A DNA stretch of 64,000 nucleotides from an uncultured Chloroflexia bacterium. Its GTDB lineage: Bacteria; Chloroflexota; Limnocylindria; Limnocylindrales; CSP1-4. The translations under genes were made by a program, and so were the position numbers. Below, one piece after another: positions 20,253 through 30,704 of this stretch (within the stretch, counting starts at the first letter, position 1; every line of letters begins with the position of its first letter). A model generated the notes under the pieces. That model saw only the letters and a list, made by a program, of their open reading frames with translations, had not been told where the DNA came from and did no database searches. The DNA lies in assembly GCA_963720755.1 (NCBI GenBank), contig CAVRGP010000011.1, positions 640,001 through 704,000 of the forward strand, read 5' to 3'.

Positions 20253-20777
20253 TCAGCGTTCGTCGCCGAGCCGAAGGCGCCAGCGTGGATGCCACAGGTC
20301 GTCGTCGCCCTCGCCGAGCACCTCCAGGGTGTCGACCCGGTGGCTGAACGGCAATGCCATCGCGGCCTGCCCGGCGATCACATCGAGCGGAGCGTCGTCG
20401 GATTCGCACACCGTCAGGTGCGGGACGATCTCGTCGAACACACCTTCGTATGGCGGGAACTCGGGAAATCGCGCGACGATGGCCTCGGTCAGTTCCACGA
20501 ATGGCGCCGCGGGCTCAGGGGCGAGGTAGACCGCCGTCGAGAACCGTCCGACTCGTTCGAAGGTCACCACGAATGGCCGATGGCGCTCCGCGATCGAGGC
20601 CAGGTCGCTGCGAACCTCGGGCCCGAGACGGTCGACGGGCAGGTACGGGAACAGGATCGTGACGTGGGGTGGCACGCCCGCCGCAGCCATCGGATCCCAC
20701 CGGGCGCGCAGGCGGCGGAGGGCGCTCGGCAGCGGGATCCTGGCGACCACGGCGCTGCGTGGCTCGGTCGCGACCAT
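20253..20777 (-). CDS. 2'-5' RNA ligase / 2H phosphoesterase family protein
   Basis: Two HxT motifs (PHVTI, PHLTV); leaderless -10 before ATG 20777. Confidence 0.85.
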   Translation of the reverse strand: MVATEPRSAVVARIPLPSALRRLRARWDPMAAAGVPPHVTILFPYLPVDRLGPEVRSDLASIAERHRPFVVTFERVGRFSTAVYLAPEPAAPFVELTEAIVARFPEFPPYEGVFDEIVPHLTVCESDDAPLDVIAGQAAMALPFSHRVDTLEVLGEGDDDLWHPRWRLRLGDER

Positions 20778-20783
20778 GCCGAG

Positions 20784-20793
20784 AGAGTACGCT
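20784..20793. promoter_or_regulatory. Overlapping divergent -10 elements for two leaderless genes
   Basis: Plus-strand TACGCT (20788-20793), 6 nt, ATG 20800; minus-strand TACTCT (20789-20784), 6 nt, ATG 20777. Confidence 0.65.
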
Positions 20794-20799
20794 GACCGC

Positions 20800-21264
20800 A
20801 TGGCATCGACGCCGCCCATCCCCACGCACCTGCGCCACCTCGGCAAGATCCATCACGTGGCGCTCATCGTCGACTCGATCGATTCGGCCCTGGTCCTGTG
20901 GCAGGACGCGCTCGGCCTCGAACTGGAAACGATCATGGATATCCCGCAGGATCGGGTCCGGATCGCCTTCCTGGGTGTCGGCGACTCGAAGATCGAACTC
21001 GTCGAGCCGACGGACGAGTCCACCGGCGTCGCCCGCTTCCTCGCCGCCAAAGGTGAGGGGTTCCATCACGTGTGCTTCGAGGTGGCCAACCTGGCCGAAG
21101 CCCTCCTCCACCTCGAGATCGATGGCATCGAGCTGATCGACACCGCCCCACGAAAGGGTGCCGAGGGACCGGTCGCCTTCCTCCACCCACGATCCTGCCG
21201 GGGCGTCCTCGTCGAGCTGATCGAGGCGCCGGGTGGACCGGCCTGGGCGTCGCTCGGCTACTGA
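20800..21264 (+). CDS. mce: Methylmalonyl-CoA epimerase
   Basis: VOC fold motifs IHHVAL, KIELVEP, GEGFHHVCFEV, FLHPRS and GVLVELIE; near the mutase. Confidence 0.9.
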   Translation: MASTPPIPTHLRHLGKIHHVALIVDSIDSALVLWQDALGLELETIMDIPQDRVRIAFLGVGDSKIELVEPTDESTGVARFLAAKGEGFHHVCFEVANLAEALLHLEIDGIELIDTAPRKGAEGPVAFLHPRSCRGVLVELIEAPGGPAWASLGY

Positions 21265-21282
21265 GCGGACGGCCGTTCGGGA

Positions 21283-22125
21283 TCAGGCCGGTTTCGTGGC
21301 CAGGAGCGAGAACATCAACGGCAGCTCGCCAGGGCCGCCATCCGGTGGCCACCGCCAGGTGCCGTCGGGCGATTCGACCAGGAAATCGACCTTCCAGTCG
21401 AGGAATGGGTGCTCGACCAGCGATCGGATCTCAAGCCCGGCATCGATCAGCGCGCTCACGATCTCGCCGAGGCCGTGATCCCAGGAATGCTCGGTCTGGC
21501 CAACGACATCGGCGTCCGGGTCGGCGTACGAGCCCTTGACCTCGAACCGGAAGGGATCCTCGTGCTCCCAGTACGGATAAACGAGTCGGAGCTCGCCAGG
21601 GGCCACCCCTTCGTTCTCGAAGGCCATGATCACCGGGTGCGATTCAGTGATGAAGAAGATGCCGCCCGGAGCGAGGAAATGGGCCACGACGCGGGCCCAG
21701 GCCCGAATGTCCGGGAGCCAGCCGAGGACGCCGCGGGACGTGTAGACGACCTCGAACCGATCCTCGAGTGCGTCCGGCAGGTCGTACAGGTTGGATCGGA
21801 TGAACCGGGCTTCAGGGAAGCCGAGATCGACGGCGAGGTGGCGCGCCAGGTCGATCGCAGCGGGCGACAGGTCGGTTCCGGTGACCCGTGCCCCGAGTCT
21901 GGCCCACGACAGCGTATCGATCCCGAAGTGGCATTGGAGATGCAACAGCGACTTGCCGGTGACGTCGCCGATCATCTCGATCTCATACGGGCGGATCCGG
22001 ATGCCTCCGGTGCGGAAGCCATCGAGGTCGTAGAAGCCGCCCTTCGCGTGGACGGCCGTCCACGCATCCCAGAGTGCCTCGTTGGCCGCGAACGCGTCGT
22101 GATGCCGGTCGCCGGGTCCGCTCAC
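21283..22125 (-). CDS. Class I SAM-dependent methyltransferase
   Basis: LLHLQCHFGIDTLSWARLGA motif; start GTG overlaps the upstream stop. Confidence 0.88.
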   Translation of the reverse strand: MSGPGDRHHDAFAANEALWDAWTAVHAKGGFYDLDGFRTGGIRIRPYEIEMIGDVTGKSLLHLQCHFGIDTLSWARLGARVTGTDLSPAAIDLARHLAVDLGFPEARFIRSNLYDLPDALEDRFEVVYTSRGVLGWLPDIRAWARVVAHFLAPGGIFFITESHPVIMAFENEGVAPGELRLVYPYWEHEDPFRFEVKGSYADPDADVVGQTEHSWDHGLGEIVSALIDAGLEIRSLVEHPFLDWKVDFLVESPDGTWRWPPDGGPGELPLMFSLLATKPA

Positions 22126-22595
22126 CGCAGCGACCAGGCGAACAGCACGTCCGGGGCTCGATCGGCCGACTGACAGAACGCCACGATCCGGCCGGCGAGC
22201 TCGCGGATCCACGGCTTCTCCTCGCGGGGCAGGTGCCCGAGCTCGTCTTCGACGAGTTCGATCCATCGGCCGGCGATCGCCGAGATGTGGTGCTCCGGGA
22301 TCCGGGCTACGGCACCGATCCAGCCGCTGTCCACCCGCTCGATCGTGCAAGCCCCTTCCAGCTCCGGTCCGTCGATCTCGAAGCGGGCGTCGATGAAGTC
22401 GGCCGGCGCCTCGCCCCCGGTGACGGTCCGGGCAGCCTCGGAGAACAAGTCGAGCCAGGTCGGATCGAGGCCGCTTCCAAGGGCCAGGTGGGCACTGAAT
22501 CGCGTTCGATCGTCGAGTGCCGCCAGATCGTCCAGGCCGATCGCCATGAGGATGTCCGGTGCATCGCCCGCGACGAGGTCCATGAGTCGGCTCAT
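22122..22595 (-). CDS. Hypothetical protein
   Basis: Translationally coupled on both sides within the sucCD transcript. Confidence 0.75.
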   Translation of the reverse strand: MSRLMDLVAGDAPDILMAIGLDDLAALDDRTRFSAHLALGSGLDPTWLDLFSEAARTVTGGEAPADFIDARFEIDGPELEGACTIERVDSGWIGAVARIPEHHISAIAGRWIELVEDELGHLPREEKPWIRELAGRIVAFCQSADRAPDVLFAWSLR

Positions 22596-23074
22596 CCGTC
22601 GGTCGCGCTCGCGGATCCGGCGAAATCGATGAAGTCGAGGTCACCGGGGGAGTGCCCGGCGGCCGTCAGCAGGACGGCGGCCTCGGAGCGATGCTGGGTC
22701 CCGTGATTGACGACGTGTGTCAGGACGTGCCAGAGCGCGATGCCGTGCTCCGTCTGGTGAAGCCAGGCGGGGTCCATGGCATCGAACCACGCGTCGTACC
22801 CAGCCCACTCGCGATCCCATGCCTCGCGCAGCGCACCAAGGTCGGGCAGCGGGCCGCGCTCGGGTTCAGGTGCCTCGCCGGACCCGCCGGTCAGCATGTG
22901 CCGCCAGCGCTGGGACGCTCCGAGGTGGTGGATCAGGATGCCGCCCAGACCGCGTGCGTCGATGACATTCGTGGCCGACCAGGTGTCGTCGTCGACCCCG
23001 GCGGATGCGTCAAGGATCCTGGTCGTCGCCCAGCGATCGAACGCGAACAGGAACCGGATGTCAACGAGATCCAT
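22592..23074 (-). CDS. DinB family protein
   Basis: His triad pattern (LIHH...HVVNHGTQHRSE); GGAGG RBS. Confidence 0.88.
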   Translation of the reverse strand: MDLVDIRFLFAFDRWATTRILDASAGVDDDTWSATNVIDARGLGGILIHHLGASQRWRHMLTGGSGEAPEPERGPLPDLGALREAWDREWAGYDAWFDAMDPAWLHQTEHGIALWHVLTHVVNHGTQHRSEAAVLLTAAGHSPGDLDFIDFAGSASATDG

Positions 23075-23085
23075 TCGACGCCCTC

Positions 23086-23970
23086 CTAGCCCCGGTAGCC
23101 GGCGTCACGCAGCAGGCCCGGCAACTCGGTCGGTGAGCCCGCGACCCGGAACCCGGCTGCTTCGAGGGCGGTGACCTTGGAGGCGGCCGTCCCTGAACCG
23201 CCCGAGATGATCGCTCCCGCATGGCCCATCCGCTTGCCTTCGGGGGCCGTCCGCCCGGCGATGAAGGCGACCTTGGGGAGGTGGGCGAGGTGCTCCGCCG
23301 CCCAGGCTGCGGCCTCTTCCTCCGCTGCGCCGCCGATCTCCCCGATGAGGACGATCGCCTCGGTCTCCGGGTCCTGGGCGAAGAGCTTCAGGACGTCGAG
23401 GTGGGTCGTCCCGATGATCGGATCGCCGCCGATCCCGATACAGGTCGACTGGCCGACCTCGGCATCGGTCATCGCCTGGACGGCCTCGTAGGTCAGCGTC
23501 CCCGAGCGGCTCACGACGCCGACCCCACCCTCGCGATGGACCGAACCGGGGATGATCCCGACCTTGGCACGTCCCGGAGAGGTGGCACCCGGGCAGTTCG
23601 GCCCGATCAGCGTCGCCCCGGCTCGCTTGACCTGCTCGACGGCCGCGATCATGTCGAGGGCGGGGATCCCCTCCGTGATGCAGAAGATGGTCGCGATCCC
23701 GGCGCTCGCGGCTTCCATGACCGCATCCGGGGCGCCAGCCGCCGGAACGAAGATGCACGATGTGTTGGCGCCGGTCTCGCGGACCGCATCCGATACCGTG
23801 TCGAAGACCGGGACGGCGCCATCGAGCGCGGTTCGGCCGCCCTTGCCCGGGGTCACCCCGGCGACGATGTTCGTTCCGTATTCGGCCATCGCGCGACTGT
23901 GGAATTCACCTTCTCGACCGGTGATCCCCTGCACGATCAGACGAGTGTCACGCCCGACGAGGATGCTCAT
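23086..23970 (-). CDS. sucD: Succinyl-CoA synthetase alpha subunit
   Basis: [20 protein letters not shown] and MGHAGA (phospho-His). Confidence 0.97.
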   Translation of the reverse strand: MSILVGRDTRLIVQGITGREGEFHSRAMAEYGTNIVAGVTPGKGGRTALDGAVPVFDTVSDAVRETGANTSCIFVPAAGAPDAVMEAASAGIATIFCITEGIPALDMIAAVEQVKRAGATLIGPNCPGATSPGRAKVGIIPGSVHREGGVGVVSRSGTLTYEAVQAMTDAEVGQSTCIGIGGDPIIGTTHLDVLKLFAQDPETEAIVLIGEIGGAAEEEAAAWAAEHLAHLPKVAFIAGRTAPEGKRMGHAGAIISGGSGTAASKVTALEAAGFRVAGSPTELPGLLRDAGYRG

Positions 23971-25142
23971 GCCGTCGCTCCCCGGGTTGCCGCAACGGCC
24001 TTGGCCGCCGCGTCGTCCAGGGACGATGCGGTCGCGAATCTGGCCTTCTCCAGGAGGGTCGCCGCCTCCTCCGCATTCGTCCCGACGATCCGGACGACCA
24101 TCGGAACGTCGCGCGTCTGTTGCGCCCGAGCCTCGATGAGACCGAGGGCGACCTCGTCACCCCGGGTGATCCCGCCGAAGATGTTCACCAGGATGGCTTC
24201 GACCTTCGGGTCGGCGAGGATGATCTGCATCGCGGTCGCGACCCGGTCGGAGCGCGCCCCGCCGCCGATGTCGAGGAAGTTGGCGGGCTCGCCGCCGGCT
24301 CGTTTCACGAGGTCCATCGTGGTCATGGCCAGGCCGGCGCCATTGACCATGCAGCCGATCGTGCCGTCCAGCTTGATGAAGGTCAGGCCGGCCTCACGCG
24401 CTTCGCGATCCGCCGGGTCCTCTTCGTCCGCATCGCGCAGCGCCTCGAGCTGGGGATGTCGGGCGAGGGCGGAGTCGTCCAGGGTGACCTTCGCATCGAG
24501 GCAGACGAGCCGCTCGACGGCCGTCCCGTCGGGTCCGGCTTCGCGGATGATGGCGAGCGGGTTGATCTCGACCAGGTCGGCATCGTAGGCCACCATCGTC
24601 CTGACCAACCCCTCGGCGATCCCGACCGCCGCCTTGAGGTGGGCGCGGAGTCCCATCGAAAAGACGAACTCGCGCGCCTGGAAGTCCAGCAGCCCGAGCA
24701 TCGGATCGGCGTGGTGACGGACGATCGCCTCCGGGTGATCCACGGCGACTTGCTCGATCTCGACGCCGCCTTCTGCCGAGCCCATGAGCAGGATCCGGCC
24801 GGCGGCCCGGTCGAGCACTGCGGCCATGTAGAACTCGCTGACGATGTCCGCGGCGGCCGCAACGAGCACCTTGCGGACGGTGATGCCCTTGATGGTCATG
24901 CCGAGGATCGAGCGCGCCACGCGTTCCGCCTCGTCCGTGGTCGAGGCGAGCTTCACACCTCCGGCCTTGCCGCGACCCCCGACCAGCACCTGGGCCTTGA
25001 TGACCACCGCCGAAGCGCCCGTGGCCAGGATCCTCTCCGCGGCGGCCCGGGCCTGCGCGGGCGTGTGGGCGACCTCCCATCCGGGGACCGGGAGACCCTG
25101 CGCGACGAGCAGCGTCTTGGCATCGGCTTCCTGGATCTTCAC
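23967..25142 (-). CDS. sucC: Succinyl-CoA synthetase beta subunit
   Basis: [35 protein letters not shown] and NIFGGI. Confidence 0.97.
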   Translation of the reverse strand: MKIQEADAKTLLVAQGLPVPGWEVAHTPAQARAAAERILATGASAVVIKAQVLVGGRGKAGGVKLASTTDEAERVARSILGMTIKGITVRKVLVAAAADIVSEFYMAAVLDRAAGRILLMGSAEGGVEIEQVAVDHPEAIVRHHADPMLGLLDFQAREFVFSMGLRAHLKAAVGIAEGLVRTMVAYDADLVEINPLAIIREAGPDGTAVERLVCLDAKVTLDDSALARHPQLEALRDADEEDPADREAREAGLTFIKLDGTIGCMVNGAGLAMTTMDLVKRAGGEPANFLDIGGGARSDRVATAMQIILADPKVEAILVNIFGGITRGDEVALGLIEARAQQTRDVPMVVRIVGTNAEEAATLLEKARFATASSLDDAAAKAVAATRGATA

Positions 25143-25279
25143 CTGGTCAAGGGCTCCTTCAGTGTGGACGAGGCGGTCGGGGGCGGTCGTCGGCCGGGGA
25201 GACGATGGTAGACCAGCGGGACCGTGTCGCGCCGCGGAGCGAGGTCAACCGGAGGCGTCGCGCGGCTTACAATCGGGTC

Positions 25280-26302
25280 ATGACCCACACGATCACGCTC
25301 ATCCCCGGCGACGGCATCGGTCCCGAGCTGGCGGAGGCGACCTGTCGCGTCCTCGATGCGACGGGCGTGGCCTTCGAATGGGAGACGGTCGTGGCGGGCG
25401 AGGCGGCCATCGAGCGCCACGGGACGCCGCTCCCGGAGTACGTCCTGGAGTCGGTGACCCGCAACGGCATCGCCCTCAAGGGTCCGATCACCACGCCGGT
25501 CGGGGCGGGCTTCCGGAGCGTCAACGTCGCGCTTCGCCAGGCACTCGACCTGTACGCCAACCTGCGACCCGCCCGCTCCATGAAGGGACTCGATACCCGG
25601 TACGAGAACGTCGACCTGATCATCGTCCGGGAGAACACCGAGGACTTGTACGCCGGCATCGAGCACATGGTCGGGCGCGATGCTGCGGAGAGCATCAAGA
25701 TCATCACCCGGGCTGCATCCGAACGGATCGCCCGGTTCGCCTTTGACTACGCGGTGGCCAACGGTCGGAGCAAGGTCACGGCCGTCCACAAGGCCAACAT
25801 CATGAAGCTCTCGGACGGCCTGTTCCTCGAGAGTTGCCGAACGGTCGCCGGCGAATTCGCCGGTCGGGTCGAATTCGAGGACCGGATCGTCGACAACATG
25901 TGCATGCAGCTCGTCCAGAAACCGGAGCTCTACGACGTGCTCGTGCTGCCGAACCTGTACGGCGACATCGTCAGCGACCTGTGTGCCGGATTGGTCGGGG
26001 GCCTCGGCGTCGCGCCGGGTGCCAACATCGGGACCACAGCCGCCGTCTTCGAGCCGGTCCATGGGTCGGCGCCGAAATACGCGGGTCAGGACAAGGCGAA
26101 CCCGACCGCCATGATCCTGTCCGGCGCCTTGATGCTGCGTCACCTCGGCCACCCGGACGTGGCGACTCGCGTGGAGGCAGCCGTTCGCGAGGTCATCGCC
26201 GAGGGGACGGCCACGACCTACGACCTCGGCGGATCGACCGGCACCGCGGGTTTCGCCGACGCGATCGTCGAGCGCCTCACCACCGGGTCGAACGCCCGAT
26301 GA
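25280..26302 (+). CDS. icd: Isocitrate dehydrogenase (isocitrate/isopropylmalate dehydrogenase family)
   Basis: [39 protein letters not shown] and HGSAP; TCA context; leaderless TACAAT at 25268-25273. Confidence 0.85.
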   Translation: MTHTITLIPGDGIGPELAEATCRVLDATGVAFEWETVVAGEAAIERHGTPLPEYVLESVTRNGIALKGPITTPVGAGFRSVNVALRQALDLYANLRPARSMKGLDTRYENVDLIIVRENTEDLYAGIEHMVGRDAAESIKIITRAASERIARFAFDYAVANGRSKVTAVHKANIMKLSDGLFLESCRTVAGEFAGRVEFEDRIVDNMCMQLVQKPELYDVLVLPNLYGDIVSDLCAGLVGGLGVAPGANIGTTAAVFEPVHGSAPKYAGQDKANPTAMILSGALMLRHLGHPDVATRVEAAVREVIAEGTATTYDLGGSTGTAGFADAIVERLTTGSNAR

Positions 26303-27114
26303 CAGGCTGGCCGGCAAGCATCCGTGGATCCCGGCCGCCCGCCAAGCCGGCCGGGACGGCATCGATCGGATTCGGCCAGACGAGCCGGCTCGATGGCTGG
26401 TGGTGGGCACCTCTCGGCGTCGGGTTCTGGCTGGCGGTCCTCGTGCTGTACTCGTTCTTCAGCGCGCTGCTGTGGCGACAGCTGTTCGGTACGGACTACG
26501 AGAGCGATGGCTACACGTCCCCGTTCTTCGCGCCGTTCTTCCGCGATGCGCCCCTGCCGGCGTGGCTGTCCCCGGCGATCCTGACCCTCTGGATCCCGAT
26601 CGGATTCCGAACGACCTGCTACTACTTCCGGCGCGCCTACTATCGGGCCTACCTGGTCGATCCACCCGCCTGTGCGGTCGGTGAGCCGACGGTCCATCGC
26701 CGCTATCGGATGGAAGCCGCCCTCCCGTTCATCCTCCAGAACCTGCATCGGTTCTTCCTGTACCTCGCGGTCGTGCTCCTGGTGATCCACTGGACCGAGG
26801 TCGTCGGGACGTTCAGCGTGGACGGCCGGCTCCGCCTGGGGCTCGGCAGCGTCATCCTGCTGACCGACGTCCTGCTCCTGACCGGATACGTCTCCTCCTG
26901 CCACTCACTCCGGCACATGGTCGGCGGTCGGATCGACTGCTTCTCGTGCACCCGACGCAACCAGGTCCGTCACTCGGCCTGGAAACGGCTGAGCGGCCTC
27001 AACGAGCGCCACATGATCTGGGCCTGGGCGAGCCTGGTCTCGGTCGTCGTCGCCGATCTGTACATCCACCTGCTGGCATCCGGCGTCGTGACCGACCCGG
27101 CCGTCTGGTTCTAG
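26299..27114 (+). CDS. Succinate dehydrogenase membrane anchor (mycobacterial Sdh1 / Rv0249c-like)
   Basis: TM helices with [33 protein letters not shown] and DCFSC; directly upstream of sdhA. Confidence 0.82.
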   Translation: MTGWPASIRGSRPPAKPAGTASIGFGQTSRLDGWWWAPLGVGFWLAVLVLYSFFSALLWRQLFGTDYESDGYTSPFFAPFFRDAPLPAWLSPAILTLWIPIGFRTTCYYFRRAYYRAYLVDPPACAVGEPTVHRRYRMEAALPFILQNLHRFFLYLAVVLLVIHWTEVVGTFSVDGRLRLGLGSVILLTDVLLLTGYVSSCHSLRHMVGGRIDCFSCTRRNQVRHSAWKRLSGLNERHMIWAWASLVSVVVADLYIHLLASGVVTDPAVWF

Positions 27115-27134
27115 GCGCGAGGGAACGAGGCGCG

Positions 27135-28949
27135 ATGACGACCTTCGATACCCACGGCCACGATGTGCTGGTCATCGGCGCCGGTGGCGCCGGGCTGCGG
27201 GCCGCGATCGCGGCCAGGATGGCCGGCGCCGACGTCGGGCTGGTCTGCAAGTCCCTGTTGGGCAAGGCCCACACGGTCATGGCCGAAGGCGGCATGGCGG
27301 CGGCTCTCGGTCACGTCGCACCGGCGGATTCGTGGCAGGTCCATTTCCGCGACACGATGGTCGGCGGCAAGTTACTCAACAACCCGCGGATGGTCCAACT
27401 ACACGCGACGGAGGCGCCGGACCGTGTCCGCGAACTCGAATCGTGGGGCGCCGTCTTCGACCGGACACCGGATGGCCGGATCCTCCAGCGGCCGTTCGGG
27501 GGCCACTCGCATGCGCGCCTGGCGCACGTCGGCGACCGGACGGGCCTCGAGATGATCCGGACGCTCCAGGATCGCGCGGTGGCGCTCGGGATCAAGGTCT
27601 ACATGGAGTGCACGATCAACCGGCTCATCAGCGGACACACCGGCGTCACCGGGGCGTTCGGGTACTGGCGAGTCACCGGTGAGCCGGTCCTGTTCAGCGC
27701 CAGATCGGTCGTTCTCGCGACGGGCGGCATCGGTCGAGCGTTCGAGATCACCTCCAACTCGTGGGAGTACAGCGGTGACGGCCAGGCGCTCGCCTATGAC
27801 GTGGGCGCGGAGCTCATCGACATGGAGTTCGTCCAGTTCCACCCGACCGGGATGGTCTGGCCTCCCGGCGTGCGTGGACTGCTGGTCACCGAAGCCGTCC
27901 GCGGCGAGGGCGGGATCCTCCGCAACAAGGACGGCGAACGGTTCATGTGGCGGTACCTGCCGGAGGATCGACGAGCCGAGTACGCCGCGACCGACGAAGA
28001 AGCGGCACGTTGGGTGGCCGCGCTCTCGCAGGGCCACCAGACCGATGCACGACGACCGCCCGAACTGTCCACTCGCGACAATGTCGCTCGGGCCATCTAC
28101 ACGGAGGTCAAGGAGGGCCGCGGCAGTCCCCATGGCGGCGTCTTCCTCGACATCAGCTACCTGCCTCCAGAGACGGTCAAGCGCAAGCTGCCGTCGATGT
28201 ACGAGCAGTTCAAGGAACTCGCCGACGTCGACATCACGAAAGGCCCGATGGAAGTGGGGCCGACGACGCACTACGTGATGGGCGGGATCCGGGTCGAGGC
28301 CGAAACGGGCGCCACGACCGTGGCCGGCCTGTACGCTGCCGGCGAGGTCGCGGGCGGGATGCACGGCTCCAACCGTCTGGGCGGAAACTCGTTGTCGGAC
28401 CTGCTCGTGTTCGGGGCCAGGGCGGGGGCGGCCGCTGCCGCGCACGCCGGCGAGACCGCGGACCCGTACCTCGATCCGGTCCAGGTCCAGACGGCGATCG
28501 CCGATCTCGTGGTCCCGCTCGACCGACCCGATGGCGAGGATCCATACGCGATCCAGCGCGACCTCCAGGCGATGATGGGTCGGCTGGTCGGGATCTTCCG
28601 GGAGGAGGCCGACCTCGATGCGGCCCTGGCCGCCCTTGCCGAGCTTCGTCGACGCTGGGCGAATGTCCGGGCGGTCGGTGGCCGGAGCTACAACCCGGGT
28701 TGGAACCTCGTTTTCGAGCTCGACCATCTCCTGACCGTGTCTGAGGCGATCACTCGGAGTGCCCGGCAGCGGACCGAGAGCCGAGGCGCCCACAGCCGAC
28801 TCGACTACCCGGACACCGATGACGCCGGTTGGGGCCAGGTCAACAGCGTCATCGTCCGTGGCATCGATGGCTCGATGACCGTTCGGACCTCACCGCTCAT
28901 CGAGATGTCCGATGAGATGCGCGGCCTCCTCGGCAGCGCCGGCCATTGA
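27135..28949 (+). CDS. sdhA: Succinate dehydrogenase/fumarate reductase flavoprotein subunit
   Basis: GAGGAG, AHTVMAEGG (covalent FAD His), QFHPTG, HYVMGG, HGSNRLGGNSL and ESRGAH. Confidence 0.95.
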   Translation: MTTFDTHGHDVLVIGAGGAGLRAAIAARMAGADVGLVCKSLLGKAHTVMAEGGMAAALGHVAPADSWQVHFRDTMVGGKLLNNPRMVQLHATEAPDRVRELESWGAVFDRTPDGRILQRPFGGHSHARLAHVGDRTGLEMIRTLQDRAVALGIKVYMECTINRLISGHTGVTGAFGYWRVTGEPVLFSARSVVLATGGIGRAFEITSNSWEYSGDGQALAYDVGAELIDMEFVQFHPTGMVWPPGVRGLLVTEAVRGEGGILRNKDGERFMWRYLPEDRRAEYAATDEEAARWVAALSQGHQTDARRPPELSTRDNVARAIYTEVKEGRGSPHGGVFLDISYLPPETVKRKLPSMYEQFKELADVDITKGPMEVGPTTHYVMGGIRVEAETGATTVAGLYAAGEVAGGMHGSNRLGGNSLSDLLVFGARAGAAAAAHAGETADPYLDPVQVQTAIADLVVPLDRPDGEDPYAIQRDLQAMMGRLVGIFREEADLDAALAALAELRRRWANVRAVGGRSYNPGWNLVFELDHLLTVSEAITRSARQRTESRGAHSRLDYPDTDDAGWGQVNSVIVRGIDGSMTVRTSPLIEMSDEMRGLLGSAGH

Positions 28950-28965
28950 AGCGACGGAGGATCGG

Positions 28966-29787
28966 ATGCCCGACGCACACCTGAAGGTCTTCCGTGGCGG
29001 CCCGGGCGAAGAGGGTCGGTTCGAGTCGTACGACGTGCCCGTCGAGGAGGGGATGGTCGTCCTCGACGCCCTCCATTGGATCCAGGGCCATGCGGCGCCC
29101 GATCTCGCCGTGCGCTGGAACTGCAAGGCGGCCAAGTGCGGCTCGTGCAGCGCCGAGGTGGATGGGCGCCCCAGTCTGGCCTGCAAGACGCGACTGTCCG
29201 ACTTCGATCTGGAGCAGACGATCACGGTCGAGCCGATGCGCGCCTTCCCGTTGATCCGCGACCTCGTGACCGACGTGTCCTGGAATTACGAGGTCAACAA
29301 GACGATCGAGCCATTCACGCCGCCCGACGACGTGCCCCAGACGGATTGGCGCTGGCAGCAGCAGGACATCGAACGCGTCCAGGAATTCCGCAAGTGCATC
29401 GAGTGCTTCCTGTGCCAGGACGTCTGTCACGTCCTGCGCAGCCACGAGACGGACCGGCCGTTCATGGGGCCGCGCTTCCTGGTTCGCGCCGCTGGCCTGG
29501 AGATGCACCCGATGGACCAGGCCGACCGACGCCAGTACCTCAAGGAAAGCGGCGGCGTCGGTTTCTGCAATATCACCAAGTGCTGCACCGAGGTCTGCCC
29601 GGAGCACATCCGGATCACCGACAACGCGATCATCCCGCTCAAGGAGCGGGTGGCCGATGCCTACTACGATCCGGTCCAGTGGGCCTGGCGGAAGTTGCGC
29701 GGCCGGGGATCGGGCTCTGGCAAAGGCACGGAGTTGCCGGTCCTCCCGGGATCGCCGCCGCCGGTCGACCGCGACGCACCGGATTGA
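28966..29787 (+). CDS. sdhB: Succinate dehydrogenase iron-sulfur subunit
   Basis: CKAAKCGSC...C, CIECFLCQDVC and CNITKCCTEVCP cluster motifs; GGAGG RBS. Confidence 0.95.
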   Translation: MPDAHLKVFRGGPGEEGRFESYDVPVEEGMVVLDALHWIQGHAAPDLAVRWNCKAAKCGSCSAEVDGRPSLACKTRLSDFDLEQTITVEPMRAFPLIRDLVTDVSWNYEVNKTIEPFTPPDDVPQTDWRWQQQDIERVQEFRKCIECFLCQDVCHVLRSHETDRPFMGPRFLVRAAGLEMHPMDQADRRQYLKESGGVGFCNITKCCTEVCPEHIRITDNAIIPLKERVADAYYDPVQWAWRKLRGRGSGSGKGTELPVLPGSPPPVDRDAPD

Positions 29788-30317
29788 GCGACCGGTTGTT
29801 CCCGGATCTGGAGGCTGATCCCGGGTCGACGGACAAAGGTCCGGCGGCGGGATCGGGCTTTGTCATTCGGACGGACGGCGCCGCCCGAGGGAACCCGGGA
29901 CCGGCGTCGCTCGGAGCTGCGCTGTTCGATCTCGCCCGGCCCGACGCGCGTGACGATCGAGCCGTGCCGGACGCCTCGATCTCGGACTACCTGGGGATCC
30001 AGACGAACAACGTCGCCGAGTACACGGGCGTCGTTCGGGCGCTGGACCTGGCCGCGGAGTTGGGGGCTCGGGAGGTCCATCTGCTTCTCGATTCGAAGCT
30101 GATCGTGGAACAGCTTGCGGGTCGGTGGCGGGTCAAGGATGCCAAGCTCATCCCGCTCTGGTCGGCCGCCCGGCGGACCCTGGCGGGGTTCGATCGTTGG
30201 TCCGCGGCGCACGTCCCACGGGCCCGCAACACCGTCGCCGACGCGCTGGCCAATGAGGCGATCGATCGAGCCCACGCCGGCGGTCCGGCCTCCGTGGTGC
30301 GTCGCCCGGGAGGGTAG
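29784..30317 (+). CDS. rnhA: Ribonuclease HI family protein
   Basis: TDGAARGNPGPA, TNNVAEY, DSKLIVEQ and NTVADALAN; TTG start overlaps the sdhB stop. Confidence 0.88.
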   Translation: MSDRLFPDLEADPGSTDKGPAAGSGFVIRTDGAARGNPGPASLGAALFDLARPDARDDRAVPDASISDYLGIQTNNVAEYTGVVRALDLAAELGAREVHLLLDSKLIVEQLAGRWRVKDAKLIPLWSAARRTLAGFDRWSAAHVPRARNTVADALANEAIDRAHAGGPASVVRRPGG

Positions 30318-30326
30318 ACTCGGCAG

Positions 30327-30704
30327 GTCAGCGAGGTGGTCGGATGGTCGCGCGTCGTCCTGGGGTGACCCAGGGTCGGCGTGAGGAAAGTCCGAGCTCC
30401 CCAGCGCAGGGTGGCGGGTAACGCCCGTCCGCCGTGAGGCGAGGACCAGTGCCACAGTGACGATGCCGTTCCGTGGCGCGAGCCGCGGATCGGAGTGAAA
30501 CGGGCAAACTCCACCCGGAGCAAGGCCAAATAGGAGGGCGCAACCCAACGGCGGGCGACCGTCGATGGGGGAGAGGTGCGCTGCCCAGCCCTCGGGTCGG
30601 CCGCAAGAGCCGTCGGGTGACCGGCGGCCCCAGATGGATGGCCATCCCCGTTCCGCCGACAGGCGGAGCGGGACAGAACTCGGCTTACAGACTGCCTCGC
30701 TGGC
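30327..30704 (+). ncRNA. rnpB: RNase P RNA (type A)
   Basis: GAGGAAAGTCCGAGC and ACAGAACTCGGCTTA conserved P4 halves; AGTGCCACAG, GTGAAACG and GAGCAAGGCCAAATAG; 5' GTCAGCGAGGTGGTC pairs with 3' GACTGCCTCGCTGGC; TAGACT -10 at 30315-30320. Confidence 0.97.
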
